A DNA stretch of 64,000 nt from Protoeuglena noctilucae (GCA_958009085.1 OY253684.1:248001-312000); one strand, 5' to 3'; counted from the stretch's first letter, positions 11,737-25,085 are shown. The notes: a model not told the origin generated them from the sequence alone. Program-made: numbers and translations.

Positions 11737-13297
11737 TCACATCTTGAGCGACGAGTCCAGCGCGCCCATCGTGCGCGGCGCAAAGGTCAGCCCGTGCACG
11801 AACCTCTGCGTATACACGAGCCAGGTGGAGCGTTGGGAGTAGCTTCATATGGCACCCGTAGGCTGGCATGCCCTCGCCTGCCGCACGCCTGCGCTCGCCT
11901 GGTCCTTGGGAGGCACGACCCACTCGTCTGTGAGTGGATTGAAGACTCCCACGCTCGGGGGCGCGGGTGGGATCTTGCGGCCCCTGGTCGTCTCCTCGAA
12001 CATCTTGGAACGAGTGTTGCCCTGCCGCGGGCAAAGAACCCATCATCTTGCACCCGCGTTGCTCCAGCCTCGTCCGCGCCGCGCACACCTCGCTCCTCAC
12101 CTGGGGCTGCACCATCCACTCTCCCATAATGGGGTTGAGCACGCCGTCCGGGCTGAGGTCCTTCCGGCCCCCGTCCGTCTGGAGGGAGTTGCCGTGCAGG
12201 CGGTATGCGGCCCTCGCCTCGGCCTCAACCCTGCAAGGCACATCGGTTGCTGGCCTCAGTCACCGCCGAACAGACTCGCACCAAACCAAACCATGTGCCC
12301 AGGCCTCGCTCGCCTGGCGGGGTACTGCCCGATGGGATCCGTCCGGGTCCCTGGATGCTGGGCGTCCTGGAACATCTTCTTCCCCGTGGACTTGGGGGCA
12401 CTCATCTGCGCCTGCACCGGCGTGATGGGCCGGTCCTGGTTCGTGATGGGGTTCCACCGCGTCACGTGCAGGGGCTCCGCCTTCTTCTTCCCCGCCGTCG
12501 CGCCCTCTAGGAGGATGACCTGGCCGTCGTGCGTCCGACCTGCACGGATGGAAGCGGAATGGACCATGACGTTATGGGAAAAATCTTGGCCATATGGCAG
12601 AGGGCGTCGCCACTCACCGTATCGAGGAGTCTGCGGCCTGCCCGGCGAGGGCCTCGGCGATGGGGACGCCGGCGCGGCCGCGGGCGGAGAGACGGGCATG
12701 GCTGAAGCACTGCCCGAGGGAGAGGGCGCAAAGTGCGGCACAGCGCCTGCGAGGCTCTGGTAGTCACGCACCGCGTACTTGCGTCCCACCCTCTGCGCGT
12801 CCGCAGAATCCCTGCCTCGGCCTCAGGACCTTTCCATGTCATGCTCCATCTCATGCGTCCTCGGGACGTAGCTGCGAGCCATCCCTTACCTCGCAGCCTG
12901 GTCGTCTACAGAAGTCAGATTCTTGACTCCGCTCCAAGCCCGGGGCGTGCTGTGGTGCACGCGCACGCGGTGGTCGAAGAACGGACTGTCGCGAGCTCTG
13001 GGGGGGGTGGAGACGAGCAGCGTCACAGCCACGTCTGCGACGGGGCCGACACGGAAACAGTCTAACATGTGCTCTTACGTGGTGGGCCCGGTCCGCGGCT
13101 CGAAGTTCCCGCTGAAAGGCGCCATCATGAGCCGTCCCTGCAAGCAGCGCACCGTGTGTTTCCCAGCCCCTCCGAGCGCACGCGAGGCGGCAAGAGCCGC
13201 GGCCAGAGGGACGAATCGCGCCTACCTGCGAGTCGCGCATCACTCCTCTGCCCAGCACCTCCGGTCCCCCTGCGAAGTCTTGCATGCTGGGGGACAT
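11737..13297 (-). CDS. Hypothetical protein with repeated G[RK]K...NP[IL]xxEW motifs (candidate flagellar/microtubule-associated protein); multi-exon
   Basis: Spliced C-terminal half: GKKKAEPLHVTRWNPITNQ, GKKMFQDAQHPGTRTDPIGQY, GGRKDLSPDGVLNPIMGEWMVQPQ|GNTRSKMFEETTRGRKIPPAPPSVGVFNPLTDEWVVPPKDQ|RFVHGLTFAP...LKM*. 5' exons are less certain. Confidence 0.6.
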
Positions 13298-14310
13298 AGC
13301 TTATCACGCCGGAGCGCCCCAACCGGCTCCTCGCCTCCGGATTGCGATCTTGCAATAAGATCGCCTAAGGTCACAGCCGTTCCGGGTGCTTCTTTCCTGT
13401 GAGAAGCGGGAAATCGCTCGCTACACGTGGCATGCGGGGTCAACGATGAGCTCGCCTCCTCCTCGGCGGGGCCAAGAATACCGGCGCCCGCACCTTTGCA
13501 GTGCACACGATTGCTGCTGGTAATGCGGGCGGGCGTATCGAGTCCGCTTGACGACACTACGTGTGCTTGTCTTGGGCGCTCTCTCCACGCCGCGTTCCGT
13601 GAACCAAAGGGCGCGTTTTACGCACGTCGGAGTGTGTACGGGCAGAGAGTCGCGGGATGTATCATTTTCCTCGTCATCCTCGTCATGTGCGGGGGGGTTG
13701 CCCTGGCGCCGGCAAACACAAAACGGGCACAGCCGCAAGTACAGCAGGTCTTGGTTCCCCATACATGACGGAGAGTTTCGCGGCCACATTGACCTTTCAC
13801 CCTCAGAAAAGAAAGAACCCAGCGACTTTGCACCATTGCGTGCACGGCAACGCGCTCCCTTCATCACCGGGCGTTCCGAAGGACAATAGTGCACAACGTT
13901 ATACTTGGCCTCGTTGTTGGTGGGCTGCACGACGAGCTGCGCCCGGGGCTCTCATGGCTACCCTGAACGTGTGAACGGGCGCGTGCAAGCTGCGCCAGGT
14001 CCGTCGCGATGGCAATCGCGCCCTGACTATCAAGGGCTCCTCAAGGGCGCTGTGCTTGTCGTCGAGGGCACCTGTAACGGGTTTAGTCCTGGGTGCTTGG
14101 CGCTTCTCCATGTCCTGTGCGCTCCGGTTCAAAGAAAGCACGCGATGCGGCCATCGATCTTCGCAGGCGACAATGACAGCGGTCGCCTCCGGTGTCACAG
14201 ATGGCCGGCCGGCCGCTCGGCGGGACAGGTCCCTGCGGTCGATGCCGGTTGCCCCCTCTGCGAGCACCTCCGAGGCTGGCGACAGCCGGGGATCCCGGTG
14301 AGAATGGCGA

Positions 14311-17300
14311 ATGGACGTCCAGGACTCGATCGTAGTCGGCGGGCTGCGAGAATGTCATCGGGGAGTGCGGGGGGCGACATTCGCGCTGTTTTCGACTCCT
14401 GCGTGGTTCTGTGCGCGTCGCCGCAGGGCTGCTTCGTCGGCTGCCGAAACGGACGACAGCTTCAAGTCTATGGGGGGTCTTTTTCACCCCGCCCTCTCGC
14501 CTCGCCCGGTCTGGGGCGCTCGGCAGGTCCCGCCGGGGCTGCCCCGGCTCGACTTGGCGACCGTGATGCGGAAGAACGCCAAGGAGCCAGAGACGAGCGA
14601 CGACAAGAGGGGTGAGGCTGGCAGAAAGAAAGCCTGTGCAGCATCGCTGGCAGCGGTCTCGAAGATGGACGCGCGCAAGCGAGCGCTTCCCCGTGCTCCC
14701 ACCGCAGCTCCGGCGCCCAGGATCGAGGCACAGCACGCGAGCGCAGAGGCGCGCGCGTTGTCGCGTGTCTTGCAGGAGGCCCGGTCGCGCCCTCGGGGGG
14801 GGGCGGATGTGCCCACGCGGCAGCAGCGCGGCCGGAGCGTCGAGGGCGCGCCACGGTCACGGCCAGGCGCACTGCCGCAGGGGCAGACGTGGAAGGTCCT
14901 GGACCCCGTGGTGGCGGGCACACGCTCCGTGTCGCAGCAGCCCTCAGGGGGCAGCATGGGGCGTTTTGCCCCACCGCCGGCCACGAGTGGGGACACGGGC
15001 GTGGCGATTGCGGGTAGCAACGCAGCCAGGAGTGTCGGCCACGGCCACAACCGGGTGCGTGGCCTTCTGGAAACCATCGCTTTTTGGATATTTCGCGAGC
15101 AGTGCACAAAGCCCCCGCGCTTGTGTGGCGCACAATGCCATCCCTCAACGGCTGGTCTCGCAGGACTCGTCTTCCCCTGGCGCTCCGGCCAGCAATCACG
15201 CAGCAAATCGGTCCCCATTCGCTCATCGAGTGTCAAGCACGCACGGCAAGCCCAGCCCTGGCACCCTCAAGTCTGGAGGAGGCTACGCCAGGTGGGGTGG
15301 TGGCAACAGATGCTGTCCTGTCGATGCCCCCCTAGCCTGCACCATGAGACTAGTGTTTACCGGGCGTTAGTGTAGTACGACTAGCGCCCCTGCCTCTTCA
15401 CTCGGTCCAGCCCCTGCTCGCAGTCGACGGTCGAGCGCTTCGCTGGCCATGGCTGATCGGGACCAGCATGCGACGATCGTGCATCAGCAGGCAGGGACCC
15501 GCTGGCATTCGTCATCCGGTGAGGAAGGGGGCCACGTGTGACGACTGCTGCTCCGGGATCCATCCTCGCGCTCAACACTCGCTGTTGCCGTCCCGTGCAG
15601 TTGCTGATGAGAGGAGCCCCGCCCGGAGGATTGGCGGTTCGTACGCGGCGAAGATGGCGTCGGCGTCCCAGAGTCCCGAGCCGGCGGCCCCACGGAGCCC
15701 TGCAAGCGTGGACGATGGCGGCCGAGGGGAGGGGCAGGTGCTAGGGATGGTGGGAGGGGAGAAGTCCACGGAAGGGACGCAAGGAGGCAGTGGAGGGGGG
15801 TGGTCCTTCACGGTGGCCGAGGCGCCCGTGACCCCGACGCTCGGTCCGCGCAGCGACGACGGTGCCGCACCCACGGTGGGCGCCGTGGCAAGAGCCGACG
15901 GGGGGTGGCACACCGAGCCCAGCGAAGCGGACGCTGCAGCTGAAGCAGCGGACGGCAAGGAGGCCGAGGCGCGTGGCAGCATTCAGGAAGCAAGCCGAGA
16001 AGGAGGGGCTGACGGTGTCACGGAGGGCGAGGGGCGCGGGGCCGTGGGAGAGGGTTCTTTGGGGACAGGGGCCTCCGTGCCAGAGGGCGTTGTTGGCGTT
16101 CCCATCGAAAGCCAGCGCTCGGAGGGTCAAGGCGCGATGGGGGAGGGGGAGGGGCAGGGGTCGGGCCACGCTCCTGGGTGGGACAGTACGCCAGGCACGC
16201 CGAGGGACATGCACCGGTCGATGCAAGAGATGCCCGACGCTGGCGTTGCGTCTGCGGCGCAAATGAGAGACGCCATCGCAGAGGGCCGGGAGTCCGCCAC
16301 GTCGAGCGTGGAGGCGCGGAAGACAGCGGTTGCGGACCCCGGTTCTGCAGCCAGTGTGCTTCCGTTGCCCGACGCTCACATCAGCGGTCATGTAGCGGGT
16401 CCTGTGTTTGGGGAGCCCACGCGCGTGCCCGTTAACGGCGGCGTCGGGCAGATGGGGGCGGGGGCTGCTTCTACGACAGAGTTTGCGACGGGGCAAGTGG
16501 GCGAGGTGGAGGGGAGTGGTCAGCCCGGGCGAGTACAGAGCTCATCTGTGGCAGAGCAGGCCAAGGTTGCAGGGCCCTCTGTGGCCTCGTGGTTCGGCTC
16601 TCTCTTAGGGAGACAGGGCTGGGGTCCGTACATGAGGGGGGTGTCTGACAATGGGCAGCCTGCTCTCGCAGCCAGCCCGGAGGGAGGGACTGCAAGCCCG
16701 AGCACCCCACCTCTGCCGTCGGCTGCGTCGCCTGTGCCCTCGCAAGAGCGGTCTCCGTTCTTGGAAGTCCCAGAGGAGCAGAGCACCATGAGTGCTCTTG
16801 TGGCGCAGCAGGACCATCCCCGGCGTCCGTCCGTGAATCGCTGGCACGTCGGCAGCGCAAGCTCGTCATCGAGCAGCGCGTCCCTCGTCTCGGCAGTCTC
16901 TGGTGGGCGGGCGGGATCAGCCGCCCGTCCTCGCCGGTCCTCTCGCATTCCAAGCCCAGGCCCAGCACCCCGCGGGGGGGAGTCGCCTGAGCGCTGGGCG
17001 GCCGGCCGGGAGTCTCGCTTGCGTCACCCTGGAGTCATCACTCCTCTCCGGTTTCGCGCGCTGCGTGACGCTGACCGCGCCCGGGACCCTAGGGGCAACC
17101 AGGGGCGCAATTCGCCGATGCGCAGGGCAGCACTCCAGCTAGACTCCGAGCTGCAGGCTCTCTTGGGTCCCGGGACGGTTTTGCAGGAGGCGCCGCGGGC
17201 TCGCAGCGCCTCTCAGGGGCGCCGTCGCTCGCGTCGGAGATTGCATGGCGAGGGTGAGGAAGACCTCCCAGCGGCATCGCCGCAAGCTTTGCCTACCGTC

Positions 17301-20300
17301 AAGGATTCGCCTGTACAAGCGCCTCCGCCCCCAATGCTGGACGCGGGGGAGCCGGGGCTCGTAGCTGTTGCAGCTCGCGTGCGGCCCCTTTTGCCCGTGG
17401 AGCGGGGTAGAGGGGCCCTGGAGGTCGTATCGACCGGCACGACCCCCGGCGACGCCTTTGTGCTTTGCGGGGAGGGCCACGGGCGGATGTACCGTTTTCC
17501 AGCCGTATTTGGCCCTCGCTCGACCCAGCGAGAAGTCTACGACCGTGCAGTGGCGGGCGCCGTGGCCAAGTGTGCCGAGGGTTTCACCTGCACCGTGGTG
17601 GCATACGGTCAGACGGGATCGGGTAAGACGTTTACGATGGGGACAGGGCCCGAGCTCTTTGACGGGTGGAGAGACGCAGCGGAGACGGGGCTGCGACCCG
17701 AGACGGTGCCCGAGTCTTGCGGGGTGCTTCCACGTGCGCTGGCGCAGCTGTTTGCACACATAAGGGCCAACCGCGCGCGGGGGGTGGCGACGCGAGCACA
17801 GTGCCGCTTTGTCGAGATTTACAACGAGGAGATTCGGGACTTGCTGGACCCACGCTCTCTAGAACAGCAGGCGAGGTGGGGTGCTCGAGGGCACGCAGCG
17901 GGCCTGTCGCTCAAGGATCAGCCGGACGGGTCGGTGGCCGTCGTGGGCTGCTCCACGATCGAGGTCCACACGGCTGAGGAGGCGCTGCGGGTATTTGCAG
18001 CGGGCATCCGGCACCGCACCACGGGCCAGACGGCAGTCAACGACCGTTCCTCGCGCTCCCACGCGCTCCTCTCCATCCTTCTCGAGAGTCTCGACGCTTC
18101 GGGCGCCACGATTCTTTCTGCTCTCCACTTGGTCGACCTTGCGGGAAGCGAGCGGAACAAGGCAACAGACATCACCGACATCCGGCTCAAGGAGGCTGTG
18201 TCGATCAACCAAGGGCTGCTAGCTCTGGGCAACGTCATCTCTGCGCTCTCTGACCAGGGACAAGGCGACCGCGGTACGCGCCAACGCCACATTCCCTACC
18301 GGTGAGCATAGGCTGCAAACTGCTCTCTCAAGAGCATGCGCGCAAGTCTTGTCAATCAGTTGCAAAGTGAGTACTCTTCGCCCTCTGTGTGCAGTGACAG
18401 CAAGCTGACTCGCCTCCTGCGCGAGGCGCTGGGGGGCAACTCCTACACGGTGATGCTCTGCTGCGTGTCGTCAGCGGACGTGGCGTTACACGAGACGCAG
18501 AACACGCTGAAGTACGCGACGCGGGCCAGCACCGTCCAGAACCACGTTTCGCGCGTAATCCTTCGGCCAGGGGCCGTGGCCCCTGAGCGCGCTGCCCAGA
18601 TGCGCTCACTGCAGCAGTTCCTCGACAACGCCGATGATCTGGGGGCGTCTGTGCCGGACCTCACTGGCTTCGGCAACGACGTGCTCTGGTCGATGCTTCG
18701 CAAACTCCGGCTTGTCGCGCACCGTCATCGGGAGCGGGCAGACGCCGAGGGTCGTCGTGCGGCGGTGGTCGAGGAAGAGCGACGAGAGCTCGAGGCACAG
18801 ATTGAGCGCGAGCGCACGCGGGTTGCCCGCCTTGCGCGGGCAATGTCCGTCCGAAGGGCATCTACAGGTGTCAAGGTAACACGGCCCAACTGAGCGCATG
18901 GGTTTGGCGTCGCTGGCTTCTCTGGGCTTGCAGGGAGTGCTTTTACTCTACGTTCCCTTACCCTTGCAGGACACGTCCTCCTCTCCTGAACATGCGGTGC
19001 GTCTTGGCGCCCTGAAGCAACGCCGGCTGGAGCAGCAGCAGGCCAGGGCGAGGGAACGACAGGGTGACGAGGATTCCTCCGCATCTCCGGACCAAGCTGC
19101 CCAGAGTCGATCGGTGGCGGGCTTCCCGCCACCCTCGCTTTCGGCAGCCTCGCCTCTTGAGGAGGCAGAAGCACTGGTGGAGAGGCTCGAGGTGGCCGTG
19201 ACAAATGGCAGTCTCCCTGAGGAAGCCCGTGCCTCTCTTGGACAGCGCCTCCTCCACGTGATGATGTCGGGGCTCTCCCCTGACTTGAAGTCCGTTCCCG
19301 ACGCGCGTTTCGAGTCCGCAGCGTTGGGCCACCCGGCACCTGGGCGAAGCTCGGCTGTCGTGCCCACGGGGATCTTTGGCCGTGTGTCGAGTGTGCTTGG
19401 CGTGGGTGCCTGGCAGGTTCCTATGCCATCAGACCAGGAGTTGGCAAGCGTCACTGCCCGTAGCACTCACGCCAGCTCGCAAGAGACTCCGTGGCACACA
19501 GGAGCGAACGCCTCCCCTGTGACGCCTGCGGCCCTTGACGCCTTTCGGACACCGCTCTTCGGACACCGCTCGGACACCGCTTCGGGAGCTGAGCTGCCGA
19601 CTGTCTTCGGGGGACGTGAGACTGGTGCCGTGGCGGAGCGGAGCAGCGCAGATGAGCAGGCAGATCACATGACATCCGCAAGGGCGCGCCGTGAGCGACA
19701 GGAGCTAATGGATCTCGACCGGCAGATCGCGGAGGCCGAGGCGGAGCTGGATGCGGCGATGCAGCAGGGGGAACACGATTTGGCTGCGCTGGATGCTGGG
19801 CAAGTGAGTCTCACCGTTGGCAAATGCTCCCGCTTCTAGGTGCTTCCTCGTGAACTGACCTTGACGTCTTCGTCATCTTCCCCTTGCCTGCAGCTACTGC
19901 CGCTCGCAGCTCGTCTTCAGGAGACCCTGGAGGCACGCAACTTGCACCGGGCCCTGTCCAAGCACGGTGGAGCATCGCTGTCAGCGCATCCGCTCCATTG
20001 GGGGGCGGAAAAGTCTCCGCCTCAGACCTCAATGCCGGATCCCCGAGGTTCATCACCGGCCGGCGACGCGGAAGGCCACGAGGAGGGCCACGAGGAGGCG
20101 TCAATGATGGGCCAAGAGGGCGCGTCCCGTCCAGCCTCGGCGCTGAGACGCCGAGAAGCCCTCTCCCTGCTTCGAGCGACTTCTTTGCGGCGCTCGGTGC
20201 AAAGCCGTCAGCAGCGAGGGTACGCCTCTGCCTCTGCCCCGTCGGATGGCGCCAAGAACTCCAGCGAGAAACGGGAGATGGGACTGGGCAACCGGAGTTT

Positions 20301-22850
20301 GCCGGTGGCAGAGGAAACGGGAGTGGATCTGGACCGTCTGCGCAGCGGGCACACACTGGCATCTCCTCGTGAAAGCCCGCGCAAGATGGCGGACAGGGCT
20401 CGGGAGCCTGCTTGCGATGGGAAAAATAATTCTTCACTGCGTGGCTCGGCCGAGGCATTGCTAATGGACGCGCCCGTCCGGGAGCAGAGGTGAGAGACCG
20501 TGCTTCAGACCAGTCTGTGCTCATTCGTGCCGTAGCTTCCAGATCAGCATGTCAGCTAAGAGCGGTGGCACCGTCCGTGGTTGCAGTGTCGAGAGCGGCG
20601 CCCCAGCAAAGAGCACCTCGGGAAGCCCTCTCCACGAGCGCCCTGCAGCCCTTACGTCGGAGCCGCCTCGATCCCAGGTCGCAACGCACCCGGAGTTTCC
20701 CAAGTCAGCCATGCCGCGCCTCGAGCCTCTCCGAAGCACGTGCGTTGCTACCCTGCGTGCCTTTGGCGCGAGGCATGAGGCTGGCCCAATGCATGCTGAC
20801 TTAGACAAAGTGTGCCATTCGCAGGTCTAACCCTCGCCGGGTTCAGGAGATGCAGAGTGCACGCAACCGCGGGCGAATGGCGCTAGAAGAGCGCTTTTTG
20901 TCGACAGAAATGCGCCTGCAGCTGCTGGATGACCGCATGACTCGCACCAAGCGCCCCTCTGCACCGGCCACGCCCGAGCGCCAACGGGCTGCTTCTCGAG
21001 GTGCTCGAGGCACTGACAGGGCAGCCGGCCACAGCCGCCCAGTCGCAAAGAGCCCGCTGGTGGCCTTCGGTGCTGAGACCGTGGACCAGCCAGCTCCTGC
21101 TGGAAGGCGGGACGAGCCCGCAGAGGAGAAGATCCAGACGCCCGGACGCCCAGGCATCGACAGCTTCGCAGTCAACAGCGACAGCAAGGGAACGCCCACA
21201 CGTGAGACTGCTGCCGCGCGCATTCGAGGCGGGGTGGTCCTCGGCATGTGGGCAGCTGACCATTGGCGCGTTTGTTTTTTGTTCAGGTTCGCCTTTATCC
21301 GCGAGCAAAGGGTCGCCCAGTCACCACGATGGCGCGTCGAACCGGATGCGTGCATCGCTGCCACAGAGGCTGGGGAGCCCCTTTGCACGCGAGGGCGGCG
21401 GGGGATCCAACAGTGGGTCGAAAAGTGGGTACGCAGCGATCGCGCAAGCCCGCACTGCTGCTGCCGCAGATGCACGTGGTTTGTCGCCGCGTCGCGTGCA
21501 TGTGTGGTCAACACCGTCCTGCGGGCGTTGGGTGCGCGGCTCACAACAGCCGCAGCAGACTCTGTCCCACCGACACGGGCTCACGGAGGGTCCATAGGGA
21601 AGAAAACCTCGCGGAGCAAGGAGCCGCGACCAGAGGTAAGCCGACATTCACGTGTGCGCGTCTCGCAGATTCCACAAACCGTCTGCGTCAGCGAGGCGCA
21701 GTTGCTCATCGACTCGCACGCAGTGGACAGGCGTCGCGGCAACCAAGCCTCGGAAAAACGACGTGCCTGGTGTGGCAATGTCCAAGGACACCGTTTCGTC
21801 ACCCCCGCCTTCCCAGGCGACGACGGAGGCAGCAGCGGCCCTGCCACAGACCGCCACGGGGAGGAGCCAGGGTGATGCGCCTGCCAAGCGCCATGCACGG
21901 GACCACCAGGGCCCCCGAAACGATGTGCGCCGCTCTAGCGCGGCACGAGGGGACCGGGGGAAGAGGTCACCCGCGTCGCGCAACACGTCCCCGGGCTACG
22001 CCCTGCCGAGAGGTGCATCGGGAGCAACCCCGCCTCTTGCGTCGCACAAGATTGAAGCTCTCACGGACTCTGACGTGAGTAAAAGCTCGCGACTGAATGT
22101 TTTATCCTCTCACTTGTGACGGGGAGTGGAAGAGCAGAGCCACGCTGTGGAGCTCGTCGTTGCAGGGCGCGGCCAGTCCGGAGACTTGGTGGCAACGGCC
22201 CGGCAGCGTCAGCCCCGAGAGCTTCACTGGCCCTCTCTTTACGGACGCTCTCCGGCCGCCTGTCGTCTCCCACGCTTTGAGCACGGTCCCCGAGCCCACC
22301 GAGGCGTTCCTCAGGTGAACCAGGCGCTCCTGCCACAACCACACACCAGAGGCGCGCCTCCCACGCGTGGGCCAAACCCCTTCGGCGCTGTCCTGTCCGC
22401 AGCATGGACGACGCATCATCGCCATCGCAGACTTCCCGCCCCGCAACGCCACTGGCTCCTGGCGTGCACCCCCCGAGTGCCCCCTTCGGTGTCGCCCAGT
22501 CCCCGGCATTCGTGAGGCCGCAGACGTGGGTGTTCGAGACGCCCGCTCGTGCCCAGCCTGTGCCGGACCTCCAAACTTCTTCCCCAGGGCCAGCCGATTC
22601 TGGCCTCTCCGCCGATCCCAGTCGCCCGCGGTCGCGGAGGCGTGCAGGGGACACATCGCGTCGCTCCTCGCGCTCGCGCCAGCGTGAGCGGGTCGCTCGG
22701 GCGGCGGGCACGGAGGGCGCGAAAACCTCCCGCGCAGGCACTCCGGCCGGCAGGGCAGGGGAGCGAGATGCACTCCACAAGGGCGGTCTGCTAGTGGCAG
22801 CCGGTCACGTCGCCGATGTCTCGCTGGCGGCGCTGCCCGACACGTTTTGA
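14311..22850 (+). CDS. Kinesin-4-like motor protein with very long low-complexity N- and C-terminal extensions; gene boundaries uncertain (motor ~17350-18600)
   Basis: [79 protein letters not shown] and [33 protein letters not shown]...[12 protein letters not shown]. An in-frame acceptor at 15600 suggests upstream exons (an alternative start is the ATG at 15654). Downstream exons are coiled-coil and S/P/R-rich. Confidence 0.75.
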
Positions 22851-22984
22851 TGCATTGGCTCCTATCCAAGAAAGATTCGTCTAGCATGTCTGACAGCATG
22901 CATGTCATCCCACGCAGCGTGTCAACTAGCACATTAGAAGTGGTTTAGGGTCCCCTCTCGGCGTGTGAAGGCGCCTCATACATC

Positions 22985-23407
22985 TCAGTCCTCCTCCTCC
23001 TCCTCGACTTCGTTCCCCTGCGCGATGTAGGCGTCAGCAAGCTTTCGAATGCACGTACATTCGGAATTGACGTGCCCAGCACCGCCGACAGCCTGCACTC
23101 GCGCCTGCACTCGGGCCCGGCGAATGAGCCATGAAATTGACGAGTCGACCGTCCGATTCCACATGTTGCTGATGCTGAAGTGCTCAGCGTAGCGTCCCGT
23201 ACCTCGAGGTGCGCTGTCACCCGCGGACCCGGGCGCCTGCGACGCATGAGGGGCGGACGGGGCTGGATGCTGGCGTATCGACCTCGGACGGGCTCCCCGT
23301 CGTCTCCGCTGGCGGCCCCAATTCGAACTCACGTACAGGAGCGCGTAAGCGCCCACTGGCGCCGCCACCGCCGCGACAGTAACTGCTGTTCGCGGCCGAT
23401 GCAGCAT
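22985..23407 (-). CDS. Small hypothetical protein, possibly membrane-anchored; multi-exon
   Basis: MLHRPRTAVTVAAVAAPVGAYALLY followed by a gtgagt donor; later EHFSISNMWNRTVDSSISWLIRR and RKLADAYIAQGNEVEEEED*. No family recognised. Confidence 0.4.
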   Translation of the reverse strand: MLHRPRTAVTVAAVAAPVGAYALLYVSSNWGRQRRRRGARPRSIRQHPAPSAPHASQAPGSAGDSAPRGTGRYAEHFSISNMWNRTVDSSISWLIRRARVQARVQAVGGAGHVNSECTCIRKLADAYIAQGNEVEEEEED

Positions 23408-23735
23408 CCGGTCCTCCCTTGCAGCGCTAAGGTCGCACGCTTGCCACCATTTGCACATGGACCTGCAATTCTCGCTGTGCGTGGATTAAGTCACTTGATT
23501 CAATCTTGAAGCCGAAGCAGCCACTGACGTCCGCACGCCAGAGCGTCGCATCCTTTTTGGCGCAGTCCCATGGCTTGCGCTGGAGATTTTGGCGCGGGTG
23601 TCTTTTTCTCGATGCATGTCGTGCTCGTAGGAACCTGGTTGCCGAATCGCGATCCCAGGACGAGAAGTTGATTGGTTGAATTTTGGCTTCTGCCTGCGCC
23701 CCACGCCGTCGTCGTGACGCGCGCTCGTGACGTCC

Positions 23736-24994
23736 ATGAAGCGAGACGATGCCGCACCGTCGACTTCGATCGCCATCGTGCCTCAAGGCCACGGTACGTG
23801 TGCGGCGAGGAGGGTGTGCGCCCTCTGCCCGGGAAGGGGCCCCGCTCCGTCGAGGGACCGCGCTGCTCTCCGCAGGCGCTTTCGGTGTGATGGACCTGCC
23901 CCAACCTGGCCTTCCGTCCGAGCGCTGCCTCTTTCTCGTCGCAAAGGCGCCGGCGGGCGTGCGGCCGGTGCTGTGCGAGCTCAACCGTCACAGCCCCAAG
24001 TACGGCAGCTGGTTCGTCGGTGACGCGGTCGTCTCGGACGGCTCCCTGCTTCTGGCCACGCCGATAGACCCGCTGTTCTGCCTCCTGCCAGGACTGGAGC
24101 GGAACGCAGCACGCAACCCCTCCTTCATGCCTTTGGTGAGGCGTGTGGGGGGGTGCAGGGATGCACCAAGCTATCGGGGCAGCTCCGAGCTGTCGTTGGT
24201 CCACCCGATCGCAGGACTCGCTTCTCGACGAGGCCGGAGAGGTCAGGGAGGCATTGGGCCCCCTGCTGCTAGCGCTGGAAGAGCAGGCCCTGTGCCTGTG
24301 CGCGACCAAGAAGGCCGGAGGGGAAACATACTACAGGTTGGTCTTCCTGCGTGGGCACGCCAAAGCGGCGCAGTGCGTCGCCTGCGACACCACTCGCGCT
24401 CCGCCGCGCAGGTTTGACGAAAGCCGCGCGCTGGCGTGGCTGGGCTGCAAGGTGCGGGCGCTGGCGAGCTCCCTGGGCGGGCTGGAGCTGTATGCGGGCT
24501 TTGCCGAGCAGCAGTTGACGGCGCTGTGCATCAACCTGCTTGAGGAGTACGTGGAGGGGCACTGGACGCGTCGCCTGAGAGCGCAGGTGGGGTTGGTCAT
24601 AACCGCTCATCTGCCCAGCGTAGCGCGACCCTGGAATGCGTGCCGATGCCTAGGTACCCTATCATCTGCTGCAGTTTGGCATGGAGGAGGTGGAAGCGCC
24701 ATCACCCATGCCAGCGATTGTGAGCCCGGGATCAGATGGGGCAGAGAGGCCGGAGAAGAGACCGCGCATCGACCCCAAAGAACTTGCCCGGTTAGTTGGT
24801 CTGGGGATCACTGCCGACGCACACCGTCACGAGTGGTGGCACTGGCATCCACTGGCAACCCTCCTTGACGGTCCGCTCGCAGTGCCAAGGCCAAGGTGGC
24901 GCGAGAGGAGAAGAAGGCCGAGGAGGCGAAGAAGGCGTCCAAGGGCACCAAGTCGCTCCTCTCCTTCTTCGGCCAGCCGAAGGCAAAGGGCTGA
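23736..24994 (+). CDS. RNASEH2B: Ribonuclease H2 subunit B; multi-exon
   Basis: YGSWFVGDAVVSDGSLLLATPIDPLFCLLPGL, YYR|FDESRALAWLGCKV, LLEEYVEGHW and a C-terminal PIP-box-like KGTKSLLSFF. Confidence 0.9.
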
Positions 24995-25085
24995 GGCATC
25001 CCATCCTAGTCTTTGCGCAAAGCATCACGACAGCACCCCAAAGCGCGCCCTGTAGACCACAGGCTACGGCGTTAGTTAGTTACCA

